Source of the DNA: an uncultured delta proteobacterium | GTDB lineage: Bacteria; Myxococcota_A; Polyangia; Fen-1088 | DNA: 64,000 nucleotides | NCBI GenBank assembly: GCA_963796685.1 | Contig: CAWCMR010000015.1 | Span: 128,001-192,000 of the forward strand | Direction: 5' to 3' | In this document: positions 10,420 to 21,907 of the stretch, in pieces | Layout: each line of letters starts with the position of its first letter | Numbering within the stretch: the stretch's first letter is position 1 | Program-made: the position numbers and the translations under genes | Notes under the pieces: generated by a model | Seen by the model: only the letters and a program-made list of their open reading frames with translations | What the model was told of the DNA's origin: nothing | The model's database searches: none

Positions 10420-10964
10420 GCGGACCCTCGCAACCGGGCGAAGCAGGCTTCCCAGGGATCCGAAATCTCCGCGCCCGCGCCCTGCGTCTTGGTCGAGTCG
10501 CCGGGCGGGAGATCCGGCCCGGGGCACAGATCGCGTTCGATGCGCGCATCCACGCTGCGTAGCCGTCTGAGCACGTTGTGGAAGACGGCGCTGACCAACG
10601 CGGCGGCGGCGCGTGGGGCCTGTTGGCGCATCTTTACCAAGTCGTCTCGACCGAGCTCCAAAACCGTGGTCTCTTCGCTGGCCACGACCGTCGCCGGTCT
10701 GGGTGCCGGGTCGATGCAAAACATCTCGCCCAGAACCCCGCCCTGGCCTAGGTGCGCGATCTCGCGCGGCGTGTTGTCGACCCCCGGAACCACCGCCGAG
10801 AGCGCGCCTTGCACGACGACAATCATGGTGTTACCGTGCTCCCCGCGCGTACACAGGGTCGCGCCGGATGCATACCGCCGTTCATGCATGAAGTGGACAA
10901 GATCGGCAAGGTCGCGCTCCGTGAGCGCTTCGAAGAGTCGTGTGTCTCGCAGCAGGTAAGTCAT
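10416..10964 (-). CDS. Cyclic-nucleotide-binding domain protein
   Basis: LFEAL...RGEHG..MIVVVQG...LGEM...PRPATVVA; no HTH seen. Confidence 0.8.
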   Translation of the reverse strand: MTYLLRDTRLFEALTERDLADLVHFMHERRYASGATLCTRGEHGNTMIVVVQGALSAVVPGVDNTPREIAHLGQGGVLGEMFCIDPAPRPATVVASEETTVLELGRDDLVKMRQQAPRAAAALVSAVFHNVLRRLRSVDARIERDLCPGPDLPPGDSTKTQGAGAEISDPWEACFARLRGSA

Positions 10965-11116
10965 TTCCCCCACATTCCATCCATCGGCAGGGCTGCCGGG
11001 AAACTTCAGGCAGGACCTCCACGACTCCACCTTCGCCACCCAGGCGCGTTCGAAGTGCCTTCCCGTCAGTTGCCTCGGGTCAAGTCGGGTCTGGCAACCG
11101 ACGATGGAGAAGAGAA

Positions 11117-12878
<1,762 letters not shown>

Positions 12879-12904
12879 CGGGCCGTCCTTCCTCACGATT
12901 CGCC

Positions 12905-12933
12905 TTGACGGATCCTGGGGGGACATCTATAAC
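12905..12933 (+). promoter_or_regulatory. Sigma70 promoter of the merR-isc operon
   Basis: TTGACG (12905-12910), 17-bp spacer, TATAAC (12928-12933). Confidence 0.75.
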
Positions 12934-12955
12934 CCATACGTAAACGTAAGAGTTA
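12930..12955. promoter_or_regulatory. Palindromic operator, probably bound by the adjacent MerR regulator
   Basis: TAACCCATACGTAAACGTAAGAGTTA is 20/26 self-complementary, with a TACGT-AA-ACGTA core like MerR/LiuR-type boxes. Confidence 0.65.
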
Positions 12956-12959
12956 GGGT

Positions 12960-13466
12960 ATGACGATTCAGCGAGAAACAGGGCGCTTGTCCCTGATCAA
13001 AGTCGGCGATTTGGCTCGCCGCACTGGAAAGACGGTGCGGGCCATTCACCTCTATGAGGAGCTCGGCCTGCTCACGCCGCCCCTTCGTTCCAAGGGCGGT
13101 TTCAGGATGTACTCGGGCGACGGCGTGAAGCGGATCGAGTGGATCCAGAAGTTGCAGGACATGGGATTCTCGCTCACCGAAATCAAGGCCTTCCTGCGGG
13201 TTTGGGAAGAGAGCGCCACGGCGCCGGACGCCATGGCCACGGTGCGAGAGATCTTCGCCGACAAATTGCACGAGACGAAGGAAACCATCGTGCGACTTTC
13301 CCGCCTGGCCGAAGAGCTGACCGAGAGCCTGTCCTACCTCGAACGTTGTCGTTCGTGCAGCCCGAACCTGGGCCAGGGAGAGTGCTGCTCCTGTGAAAAC
13401 CACGGCGCCGATCGCGAGGTGCCCCTGCTGGTCGACGGAATCGCCGCCAAACACACCAACCCATGA
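12960..13466 (+). CDS. MerR-family regulator with C-terminal Cys cluster
   Basis: [25 protein letters not shown]...[10 protein letters not shown]; C-terminal CRSC-x8-CCSC. Confidence 0.9.
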   Translation: MTIQRETGRLSLIKVGDLARRTGKTVRAIHLYEELGLLTPPLRSKGGFRMYSGDGVKRIEWIQKLQDMGFSLTEIKAFLRVWEESATAPDAMATVREIFADKLHETKETIVRLSRLAEELTESLSYLERCRSCSPNLGQGECCSCENHGADREVPLLVDGIAAKHTNP

Positions 13467-14680
13467 CGCTCAAGCTACCCATCTACATGGACTACCACGC
13501 GACCACGCCCGTCGACGAGCGGGTGTTGGACGCCATGCTGCCCTATTTCCGCGAGGACTTCGGCAATGCGGCCAGCCGGTCGCATGCCTTTGGTTGGCGC
13601 GCCGAAGAGGCGGTCGAAAAGGGCCGCGAAGAGGTCGCCAAGCTGATTGGAGCCGTGGGCAAGGAGATCGTCTGGACGTCCGGCGCGACCGAATCGGACA
13701 ACCTGGCCATCAAGGGCGTGGCCGAGTTCTACAAGGATCGCGGCAGCCACATCATCACCGCGGTCACCGAGCACAAGGCGGTGCTCGACGCGTGCAAGCG
13801 CCTGGAAAAGCAGGGCTACGTCGTGACTTACCTACCCGTCGAGAGTGACGGGCGCGTGAATCCGCAGGCCGTGGCCGACGCCTTCACGGACAAGACCATC
13901 CTGGTGTCCATCATGCTGGCTAACAACGAGATCGGCACGGTCAATCCGGTGGACGAGATTGGCGCCGTGGTCAAGGCGCGCGGTGCCTTCTTCCACATCG
14001 ACGCGGTCCAGGGCGTGGGCAAGATCCCCTTCGACGTGGACCGCAGCCGCGCCGACCTGGTGTCGTTGTCGGCGCACAAGATGTACGGGCCCAAGGGCAT
14101 CGGCGCGCTTTACGTGCGGCGCAAACCGCGGGTGCGCCTGACACCCATCATCGACGGCGGTGGACACGAGCGGGGCATGCGTTCGGGAACGCTGAATGTC
14201 CCGGGCATCGTCGGCTTCGCCAAGGCGGCCGAGCTGTGTCGACTGGAAATGGCCGAAGAGTCGAGCCGTGTGCTGGCCTTGCGCGAGCGCCTGCGCAAGG
14301 GCATCGAGGCGCGGGTGCCGAACACGGTCGTCAACGGCTCGCTCGAACACCGATTGCCCGGCAACCTCAACATCAGCTTCGCCTTTGTCGAGGGGGAAGC
14401 CATGATGATGGCGCTCAAGGATGTGGCCGTGTCGTCCGGCTCGGCCTGCACCTCGGCATCGCTCGAACCTTCGTACGTCTTGCGCGCCCTGGGCGTCGCG
14501 GAGGAGATGGCCCACACCTCGATTCGCTTCGGTATCGGTCGGTTCACCACCGAAGCCGAGGTGGACTACGTCATCGATTTGGTCGCGGACAAGGTCAAAC
14601 GGTTGCGCGAAATGTCCCCGTTGTGGGAGCTCGCCCAATCCGGTGTGGATCTGAAGAGCATCCAATGGGGTAGTCACTAG
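13463..14680 (+). CDS. iscS: Cysteine desulfurase
   Basis: [23 protein letters not shown] and SSGSACTS. Confidence 0.97.
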   Translation: MTLKLPIYMDYHATTPVDERVLDAMLPYFREDFGNAASRSHAFGWRAEEAVEKGREEVAKLIGAVGKEIVWTSGATESDNLAIKGVAEFYKDRGSHIITAVTEHKAVLDACKRLEKQGYVVTYLPVESDGRVNPQAVADAFTDKTILVSIMLANNEIGTVNPVDEIGAVVKARGAFFHIDAVQGVGKIPFDVDRSRADLVSLSAHKMYGPKGIGALYVRRKPRVRLTPIIDGGGHERGMRSGTLNVPGIVGFAKAAELCRLEMAEESSRVLALRERLRKGIEARVPNTVVNGSLEHRLPGNLNISFAFVEGEAMMMALKDVAVSSGSACTSASLEPSYVLRALGVAEEMAHTSIRFGIGRFTTEAEVDYVIDLVADKVKRLREMSPLWELAQSGVDLKSIQWGSH

Positions 14681-14711
14681 ATTCTGGGGCAGAAGAAAAA
14701 GGAAGTACGTT

Positions 14712-15113
14712 ATGGCATACAGCAACAAGGTCATCGACCACTACGAAAACCCGCGCAACGTCGGCAGTCTGGACGCCGCCGCGCCCGACGTGGGCACGGC
14801 CTTGGTCGGCGCGCCCGCGTGCGGCGACGTGATGAAGCTGCAAATCAAGGTCGGCAAGAACGGCGTGATCGAGGACGCCAAGTTCAAGACCTTCGGTTGC
14901 GGTTCGGCCATCGCGTCATCGTCGTTGGCGACGGAATGGATCAAGGGCATGACGGTCGACCAGGCCATGTCGGTCAAGAACACCCAGATCGTCGAGGAGC
15001 TGAGCCTGCCGCCGGTCAAGATTCACTGTTCGGTGTTGGCCGAGGACGCCATCAAGGGCGCCATCGCCGACTATCGCAAGAAGCAAGAGCAACGAGCTGA
15101 GAGCGCGGCCTAG
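14712..15113 (+). CDS. iscU: Fe-S scaffold protein
   Basis: APACGDVM, FGCGSAIAS and LPPVKIHCS. Confidence 0.97.
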   Translation: MAYSNKVIDHYENPRNVGSLDAAAPDVGTALVGAPACGDVMKLQIKVGKNGVIEDAKFKTFGCGSAIASSSLATEWIKGMTVDQAMSVKNTQIVEELSLPPVKIHCSVLAEDAIKGAIADYRKKQEQRAESAA

Positions 15114-15132
15114 GCCGCCGGGGAGAATCGTC

Positions 15133-15468
15133 ATGGCGATCCAAGTGAGCGAGAAGGCAGTCCAAGCCATCAAGAGCGCATCGGCCAAGCGCGCGACGCC
15201 AGCCAAGGGGTTGCGCGTGGGTATTCGCGGCGGCGGCTGCACCGGGTTTTCCTACCTTTTCGAGTGGTCCGACGTGGACGCTCGGCCGGAAGATCGCGTG
15301 CTCTCTTTCGAGAACGGACAGGTCAACGTGTTCATCGATCCCAAGAGCTTCACCTTTCTCGACGGCTCGACGCTGGATTTCGCCAGCACCCTGATGGCCA
15401 GCGGCTTCAAGTGGATCAATCCCAACGTCAAGTCGACCTGCAGCTGCGGCGAAAGTGTCCAGTTCTAG
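15133..15468 (+). CDS. iscA: A-type Fe-S carrier
   Basis: GGGCTGFSY and NPN...CSCGES. Confidence 0.93.
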   Translation: MAIQVSEKAVQAIKSASAKRATPAKGLRVGIRGGGCTGFSYLFEWSDVDARPEDRVLSFENGQVNVFIDPKSFTFLDGSTLDFASTLMASGFKWINPNVKSTCSCGESVQF

Positions 15469-16143
15469 GGCTGGCGTGATCTGCTGGTCCTGTCAGAAGG
15501 CCGCTGGCGACGGCGTGCTGTGCGTGCACTGCAAGGCCGTGCAGCCCCCCGACCCTGGGGCGGACTACTTTCGTGTGTTCGGCATTCAGACGGCCTTCGA
15601 CCTCGATGTCGCGGATCTCGAGAGGCGCTACAAGGAGCTGACCAAGATGCTGCACCCCGATCGTTACGCGCGCGCCGATGCGCTGGCGCGACGCGCGTCG
15701 CTGGAACGCTCGGTGCAGCTCAACGAGGCCTGGCAAACCCTGAAGGAGCCGGTGCGGCGCGCGGAGTACCTGCTGTCCTTGCACGGCATCGATGTCGGGG
15801 ACATGGCCGGGGTGGGCAAGCCCGGCATGTCGGGCGAGCATGCGACTTTGCCCGTGCCGCAGGTCCTGCTCATGGAGGTCCTCGAGTTGCGCGAGGCACT
15901 GGCCGAGGCCCATGCGGCCAGGGATGTGCATGAAACCGAGGCGCTCATCGCGCAGGTGCGTGGTCGCCTGGGCAAGGTGATGGACGACGTGGCCACAGGC
16001 TTCTTGGCCTCGCCACCCAGCTCTCCACCATCGCCTCGCGGCTGGTGACCGTGCGCTACTACCGCCGCTTCCTCGACGAGGCCCGCATGTTGTGGGAAGA
16101 GGATGCGTCTTCCCCGGAAGGCAAGAGCGGCGATGCCGGTTGA
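15455..16143 (+). CDS. hscB: Fe-S co-chaperone HscB with N-terminal CxxC...CxxC, frameshifted near 16018
   Basis: HPD J-domain, LNEAW..L..P..RAEY; the conserved tail [10 protein letters not shown] continues in another frame to a stop at 16143. Confidence 0.85.
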
Positions 16144-18046
16144 GGCGCTCTTTGCCATCTCCGAGCCGGGCGAATCCCAAGTCAAGCAGGTCTGCAAGGG
16201 GCGTGCGGTGGGCATCGACCTCGGTACCACCAATTCGCTGGTGGCGGTGGTCCAGGGCGGCCAGCCGGTCTGCCTGCGCGAGGACGGCTCGGCGCTGCTG
16301 CCCTCGGTCGTTCATTACGCGGCGGATGGTTCGCTCGTCGTCGGACAACGGGCACGCGCGCTGGCGCTCGGCGCGCCCAGGGACACCATCGCCTCGGTCA
16401 AGCGCTTCATGGGCCGTGGCCCGGACGACGCCGAGGCCACGCGCGCGCTGACACCGTACCGGTTCGCGGCCGGGGCGGCAGCCGAGCCCGTGGTGCGGTT
16501 TTCCGTCGCCGGTGGCGCGCGCGAGGTGACGCCCATGGAGGTCTCGGCCGAGATCCTGCGCGTGCTCAAGGCGCGCGCCGAGGCGGAGCTCGGCGGCGAG
16601 CTCGACGGCGTGGTCATCACGGTGCCAGCCTATTTCGACGACGGCCAGCGCCAGGCCACGCGCGACGCCGGCAGGCTGGCCGGCCTCGAAGTCATGCGCC
16701 TGCTCAACGAGCCCACCGCCGCGGCCCTGGCCTATGGTCTCGACAAGCAGGCCGAGGGCACCTTTGCGGTGTTCGACCTGGGCGGCGGCACCTTCGACAT
16801 CTCGATCCTGAAGCTCGAAGGCGGCGTGTTCGAGGTCAAATCCACGGGCGGCGATTCGGCCCTGGGCGGTGACGATTTCGACCGAGCGGTTGCCGGGCAT
16901 CTCTTGCGGGCCATGGGCTTGCCGGACGACGCAGGGGGAGATCCGGGTGTCGCACGGGCCGTTCTCGACGCTGCCCGCGGGGCCAAGGAAGCCTTGACAG
17001 CGGAGCCCGAGACCGCGGTCTCCATCACGCTTCCATCGGGTAAGACCTGGCAGGGAACCTTGTCGCGGGTCGCTCTCGATGCGCTCGTGCGACCCATTCT
17101 CGAACGCTGCGCTCCCCCCGTCAGGCGCGCGGTTCGCGACGCAGGCATATCGGCCGATGGACTTTCGGGAGTGATCCTGGTGGGCGGGGCCACCCGCATG
17201 CCCATCGTCCGCGGCTTCGTCGCGGACCTGTTCGGCAAGGAGCCCTTGGCCGACATCGATCCCGACGAGGTGGTCGCCCTCGGGGCTGCGGTGCAGGCCG
17301 ATCTCCTGGCCGGGGGAGGGCGCCGCGATGTGGTGTTGATGGACGTGGTTCCCCTGTCCCTGGGGCTGGAGATGATGGGAGGCGTGACCGAGAAGCTCAT
17401 CCACCGCAACACGACGGTCCCTTGTGGCGCGGTCCAGACCTTCACCACCTACGCGGACAACCAGACCGGCTTCGATCTGCACGTGGTGCAGGGCGAGCGC
17501 GAGCTGGTCGCGGATTGCCGATCGCTGGCGCGCTTCAAGCTGGGTGGCATTCCGCCCAGGACCGCGGGCATGGCGCGGCTCAAGGTGACGTTCACCGTGG
17601 ACGCCGACGGCATCTTGGGCGTGGCGGCGCGCGAAGAGCACACCGGCCAGGAGTCCTCCATCCGGGTCAAGCCGAGCTATGGCCTGACCGACGACGAGGT
17701 CGAGCGCATGATTCGCGATTCCTTCGACCATGCCAACGATGACCTGGGCGCGCGCCTGCTCACCGTCGAGCGCGTGGAGGCGGATCGCATTGCAAGCGCA
17801 ACGCGCGCGGCGCTCGCGACGTCGGCCGACTTGCTCGTCGAGGGCGAAGGCAAGGCCATCGCGGCGGCCATGGACGCGCTGGAAGCGGCCAAGTCCGGGA
17901 CCAACCACCTGGTGATTCGAGGGGCCATCCAGGCGCTGGATGAAGTCAGCAAGGAATTTGCGCGACGGCGGATGAACGCGGCTCTCGAACAGAACGTGCG
18001 TGGGCAGGCGCTCGATGCCGTCGAAAAGAAGGTGACGTCCACGTGA
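16133..18046 (+). CDS. hscA: Fe-S chaperone HscA
   Basis: [30 protein letters not shown]; isc operon context. Confidence 0.95.
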   Translation: MPVEALFAISEPGESQVKQVCKGRAVGIDLGTTNSLVAVVQGGQPVCLREDGSALLPSVVHYAADGSLVVGQRARALALGAPRDTIASVKRFMGRGPDDAEATRALTPYRFAAGAAAEPVVRFSVAGGAREVTPMEVSAEILRVLKARAEAELGGELDGVVITVPAYFDDGQRQATRDAGRLAGLEVMRLLNEPTAAALAYGLDKQAEGTFAVFDLGGGTFDISILKLEGGVFEVKSTGGDSALGGDDFDRAVAGHLLRAMGLPDDAGGDPGVARAVLDAARGAKEALTAEPETAVSITLPSGKTWQGTLSRVALDALVRPILERCAPPVRRAVRDAGISADGLSGVILVGGATRMPIVRGFVADLFGKEPLADIDPDEVVALGAAVQADLLAGGGRRDVVLMDVVPLSLGLEMMGGVTEKLIHRNTTVPCGAVQTFTTYADNQTGFDLHVVQGERELVADCRSLARFKLGGIPPRTAGMARLKVTFTVDADGILGVAAREEHTGQESSIRVKPSYGLTDDEVERMIRDSFDHANDDLGARLLTVERVEADRIASATRAALATSADLLVEGEGKAIAAAMDALEAAKSGTNHLVIRGAIQALDEVSKEFARRRMNAALEQNVRGQALDAVEKKVTST

Positions 18047-18387
18047 CGGCGCGGATTCGCTTCGAGCCGGACGGCATCGAGGCCGAGGTTCCGGTCGGGA
18101 CCACGATTCGCGATGCCGCAGAAGGCGTGGGTGCCCAGCTCGGCTCGGCCTGCGGCGGCGTGTGCGCGTGCTCGAGCTGCCACGTCTACGTCAAGGAAGG
18201 TCTGGAAGACCTCTCTCCGGTCGAGCTGAACGAAGAGGACCGTTTGGACGGTGCCTTCGACGTGCGCCCGACCTCGCGCCTCGGCTGCCAGTCGCACCTT
18301 CTCAAGGATCGCTTGTACGTGGTCGAGATCACGCGCGAGAGCCGGGACGCCTACTTCGACGAGCATCCCGACAAGCGCCTGAAGTAG
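18043..18387 (+). CDS. fdx: ISC [2Fe-2S] ferredoxin
   Basis: [11 protein letters not shown] and SRLGCQ. Confidence 0.92.
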   Translation: MTARIRFEPDGIEAEVPVGTTIRDAAEGVGAQLGSACGGVCACSSCHVYVKEGLEDLSPVELNEEDRLDGAFDVRPTSRLGCQSHLLKDRLYVVEITRESRDAYFDEHPDKRLK

Positions 18388-18402
18388 CGGAGGGCGGCTA
18401 TT

Positions 18403-18650
18403 CTAGACCACCGAACGGTTGAAACCCGAGCAATTTCCGGATTCTAAACACCGAGGACACAGAGAACACGGAGACGGATGAGAAATGAAGGGTTCGGATC
18501 GAGATCCGGAAAACCCTTCACTCTCCGGACCTCTGTGTCCTCTGTGTTCTCTGTGGTGAAAACGGGGCTTGTGTGCGCTCTGCACGGCGGCCTCGGCAGC
18601 GCCAGGCAATCCCTTGGATTCACGGGAATTTAACCCGTTCGGTGCTTTAG
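18403..18650. mobile_element. MITE-like element with ~22-bp imperfect terminal inverted repeats
   Basis: Left CTAGACCACCGAACGGTTGAAA and right (revcomp) CTAAAGCACCGAACGGGTTAAA match 18/22; a third copy of the end lies at 7198-7219; no coding capacity. Confidence 0.55.
18449..18558. repeat. 9-mer periodic inverted repeat (CACAGAGRA)3 ... (CTCTGTGTY)3
   Basis: Three 9-nt units per arm around an inner hairpin TGAAGGGTT..AACCCTTCA; homologous to 22929-23031. Confidence 0.85.
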
Positions 18651-18659
18651 GAGGGCGAC

Positions 18660-19289
18660 TTACCCTTTGTCGCGCCGCTGGCGGGACTTGTGCTCGTCGA
18701 GCTTGCGCGAGGCGATTTCCAGCAACGCCGCCACGCCGGATTGCACGACCTTCTCGAATTCCTTGGCGTTGTCGGACGGCGCCCTCCAGTCGGCGACCAG
18801 GCGCTGCCTCCAAGCCGCGCGCGCGGCTCGCCTCTGTTCGCGTTCGCGCCGCTGCTCTTCCTTCCGCCGCCGTCGCGACATCTGATCGTACGGGGCCAGC
18901 ACGTGGCGCAGCCGCAAGGTCAGCAAGATGGCGCTGCCAAGTAGTGGCCATTTGAACCACACGCCGCCAAAGAAGCGTGTGTCGACATAGTAGAAGACGC
19001 CATTCATGATGGCGTGGCTGAGCAGGGAGGCGCCGAAGCGTTTGAGCTGGAAGGCGCGCTCCTCGGCGATCTCCTTGGCCTCGTCTTGGCGGGACAGCTT
19101 GCCGTCGCGGGTTTGGGCCAGCTCGGCGGTAGCGCGTTCCAGCGACTCGCGATCGATGCCAACCTCGTCGGCGATAGCCACCAGATCATCATGGTCGAGA
19201 TGGTCTTCGCGCTCGACCTGCTTATCGAGCGCGCGCCGAATGATCTCGTTGACCTCGGCTTGCGAGTAGGTTGGCTTCGCGTTGCTCAT
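18660..19289 (-). CDS. 2TM-domain membrane protein
   Basis: YSQAEVNEIIRRA..DLVAIADEVGI N-terminus, two hydrophobic segments with W..WP, charged tail. Confidence 0.7.
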   Translation of the reverse strand: MSNAKPTYSQAEVNEIIRRALDKQVEREDHLDHDDLVAIADEVGIDRESLERATAELAQTRDGKLSRQDEAKEIAEERAFQLKRFGASLLSHAIMNGVFYYVDTRFFGGVWFKWPLLGSAILLTLRLRHVLAPYDQMSRRRRKEEQRREREQRRAARAAWRQRLVADWRAPSDNAKEFEKVVQSGVAALLEIASRKLDEHKSRQRRDKG

Positions 19290-19416
19290 GCCGCGCCCCA
19301 GAGTGGCATGCCGGAATCCTACCCCAGGGCGCGCGGGCCGTGCGCACGACGGCGCGACAATTTTGCAGGCAGGGATCGCCTCGGAAAGGGAGTTTCGTGA
19401 GAAGGTGAGTGTGCCA

Positions 19417-20322
19417 ATGTCGGAGCACGAACAAAATCCCAAGCCGACCGGGATCGTCGATCTCATCGGCGAAGCAGGCCACGACATCGACGGCTTCTTC
19501 GATCGGCGCGAATTCGAGATTCGCAGCTGGCTGGAAGACCAGCACTACTGGCATCGCTACCGCAAGACCGTGATCCTGCAGGTGCTGCAAGGGCACGTCG
19601 TCGATCGCACCCGCCCGCTTGTCGACCTCGGCTGCGGTGCGGGGGTGGTCGCGACCCATCTCAACCAGCACGGCTTTCGGGTGGACTACGCCGACATCCA
19701 TACCGAGGCCTTGCAGGTGGCGCGTCGACGCTGCGAGGCGACCCTGGGCGCCAAGTCGCCCGCTCCGCGTTTCGTGCGTCTCGATATCACGCGAGGATTT
19801 CCCGTCGACGACTACCACGGCTACCTGCTCCTGGACGTTCTGGAACATCTGCCCGACGACCTGGGCGTGATGCGGGCGCTGCACGCACGCATGCAGGCGG
19901 CATTCGCCCGTCGCGCCAGAGCAGAGAACAGCAGCGAGATTCGCGATTTCGTGTTGCTTACGGTGCCGGCCTTCCCCGGGCTATGGTCGCCCTGGGATGA
20001 CCTGGAAAAGCACAAGCGTCGCTACACGCTGGCGACGGCGCGGCGGCTGGGCGAAGACGCCGGTTTCGAGGTGCTGCGCGCGACGTGCTTCTTTTCCCCG
20101 CTCTTCTTCGCCGCCGCGGCGGTCAAGGCCGTCAGGCTGGCGCGACGCAAGTTGAGCGGCCGGAGCGCCTCGCCTGAGACCATCACGGATCTGACCGAGG
20201 GCAAGACCACGCGGGGGCTCAGCCGGCTCGTGCTGGGGCTGCTTGAGCCCGAGAAGCGCTGGCTCAAGCGCGGAAACCTGCGGCTCGGGACCTCGATCCT
20301 GGTGCTCGCGCGTCCGCGCTAG
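19417..20322 (+). CDS. Class I SAM-dependent methyltransferase
   Basis: VDLGCGAG, LDVLEH, TVPA...WS.WD...HKRRY. Confidence 0.85.
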   Translation: MSEHEQNPKPTGIVDLIGEAGHDIDGFFDRREFEIRSWLEDQHYWHRYRKTVILQVLQGHVVDRTRPLVDLGCGAGVVATHLNQHGFRVDYADIHTEALQVARRRCEATLGAKSPAPRFVRLDITRGFPVDDYHGYLLLDVLEHLPDDLGVMRALHARMQAAFARRARAENSSEIRDFVLLTVPAFPGLWSPWDDLEKHKRRYTLATARRLGEDAGFEVLRATCFFSPLFFAAAAVKAVRLARRKLSGRSASPETITDLTEGKTTRGLSRLVLGLLEPEKRWLKRGNLRLGTSILVLARPR

Positions 20323-20333
20323 TCTAAGTCCTT

Positions 20334-21320
20334 TCAAGGTGAGAGTTTTCTGCCGACACCGGCCCAGCTGACCCTCTGGACCCAGGTCAGCGAACAGCCC
20401 ACAAGACCGGCGTCGTCGAACCAGCGCTCCACCTCGGCGCGAGGCAGGTAGGCGGCCGTGGGAGCGATCAAGTGATCGTAGACGATATTCTGGGTCTCCG
20501 TGAAGCCGAGGTCGCGCAAGTAGAGCATGTAGTCGGAATAGAACGGCTTGAAGCCGAGCTTGCTCGCTGGCTGGTAGACGAGCCTGATGCCGGCGAACAA
20601 GGCCGAGGTCAGGCCGAAGGACAGGGCGCGCACCGTCGACGGTGGCAGACGGCTGGTGACGCCGATGCGAACCGGATCGACGGCGTGGACGATCCATCCA
20701 TTGTTCTCGCGGCCGTAAACCCAGCACGCCACAGTGCCCCCTGGTCTCACCAGATCGGCAAGCGCCGCGAAGGCCTTGCCCGGCTCCGGGGTGTGGTGGA
20801 GGACGCCGATGGAGAAGGCCAGGTCGAACTCGTTGGCCACCGGCATGTGGAAGATGTCGCCCTGGACCACGTGGACGCGCTCGAGGTCGCGCGTGTTGGC
20901 GAAGGCCACGTCCACGGCCTCGCTGAGGTCGACGCCGATGACCTCGCGTGCCCCGAGCAGCGATGCCACCCGCAGGTGCCGGCCCTTGCCGCAGCCCATG
21001 TCGAGAACCAGTCGGTCGGCGAAGTCCGTCGGCTGCAGGGGCTGCACCCAACGCAGGAATTGCCAGCGGTAGCGCTCGTCGTCGATTTGATTCCACATGC
21101 GCCACGACTGGCCGAAGTTGTGCGCGGTGTGGGCCATGTCGGGCGGCAAGGCGCCCGACAGAAGGCGAGGCACACCCCCGAGAATGGGGTAGTCGCGCGG
21201 GCAGGAGGCGCAGCGAAGGCGTCCGCGCATGACGTGCGGGCCCTCGCGTTCGTCCGTCGCGAGCGATAGTGTCGTCCGGCAAGCGGGGCATCGCAGGTGG
21301 GGAAGAAGGGCGGCGCGCAT
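20334..21320 (-). CDS. Trm112-like domain plus SAM methyltransferase
   Basis: N-terminal CPAC...C..C..YPI..GVPRL; LDMGCGKGR and IGVLHHTP. Confidence 0.85.
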   Translation of the reverse strand: MRAALLPHLRCPACRTTLSLATDEREGPHVMRGRLRCASCPRDYPILGGVPRLLSGALPPDMAHTAHNFGQSWRMWNQIDDERYRWQFLRWVQPLQPTDFADRLVLDMGCGKGRHLRVASLLGAREVIGVDLSEAVDVAFANTRDLERVHVVQGDIFHMPVANEFDLAFSIGVLHHTPEPGKAFAALADLVRPGGTVACWVYGRENNGWIVHAVDPVRIGVTSRLPPSTVRALSFGLTSALFAGIRLVYQPASKLGFKPFYSDYMLYLRDLGFTETQNIVYDHLIAPTAAYLPRAEVERWFDDAGLVGCSLTWVQRVSWAGVGRKLSP

Positions 21321-21391
21321 GGTGACGATGGTATCCGATCCCTTGTCTTGGAGCGCATTCCAGGAATATTCTCCCCGGTTGGTGGGTTAGC

Positions 21392-21883
21392 ATGCGCATG
21401 AGGTTGACCTGGCTTCGCACGACCTTGCTCGCAACCGCCCTGTTGCTCGTGGGATGCGACCACGTCACCAAGCGTGTGGCCAAGGCAGAGCTTGAAAGTG
21501 GGCCGCCGCACACTCTTGCCGCCGGGATTCTGGAGCTCGACTACACCGAGAACACGGACTCGGGATTTGGGCTCCTGCACTGGGTGTCGCCTTCGGTACG
21601 AGCTCCCGTGCTGACGATGCTGCAGCTCGTGGGAGGTCTGGCGTTTCTGGCCCTCTGCCTGCGGCGCCGACTGCACGCCATGGCACGCCTTGCGCTCCTG
21701 CTCATGGCCGGCGGGGCGCTCGGCAATGGATTGGATCGTCTGTTTCATGGCCACGTGGTCGACTTCATTCACCTGACCCACTGGCCGGTCTTTAACGTGG
21801 CGGACATCTACATCACGGCCGGTGGCATCCTGCTGTTCTTGGCGCATCGAAGGGCGAGGGGCACGACGCCGGCGACAGAGTAA
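21392..21883 (+). CDS. lspA: Lipoprotein signal peptidase II
   Basis: D..TK, N.DSGFG, GGALGNGLDR, VVDFI and FNVAD. Confidence 0.9.
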   Translation: MRMRLTWLRTTLLATALLLVGCDHVTKRVAKAELESGPPHTLAAGILELDYTENTDSGFGLLHWVSPSVRAPVLTMLQLVGGLAFLALCLRRRLHAMARLALLLMAGGALGNGLDRLFHGHVVDFIHLTHWPVFNVADIYITAGGILLFLAHRRARGTTPATE

Positions 21884-21907
21884 ACGACCGCGACGCGCTG
21901 TTCAGCT

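Noticed and set aside
15455-15545. HscB N-terminal tetracysteine motif as a novelty
   Set aside because: Already known from human HSC20 and some bacterial HscB proteins.
15428-17908. Long antisense ORFs (826 aa here; others opposite tkt, cheA, aspA and the GMC gene)
   Set aside because: Shadow ORFs of high-GC coding strands with no recognisable motifs.
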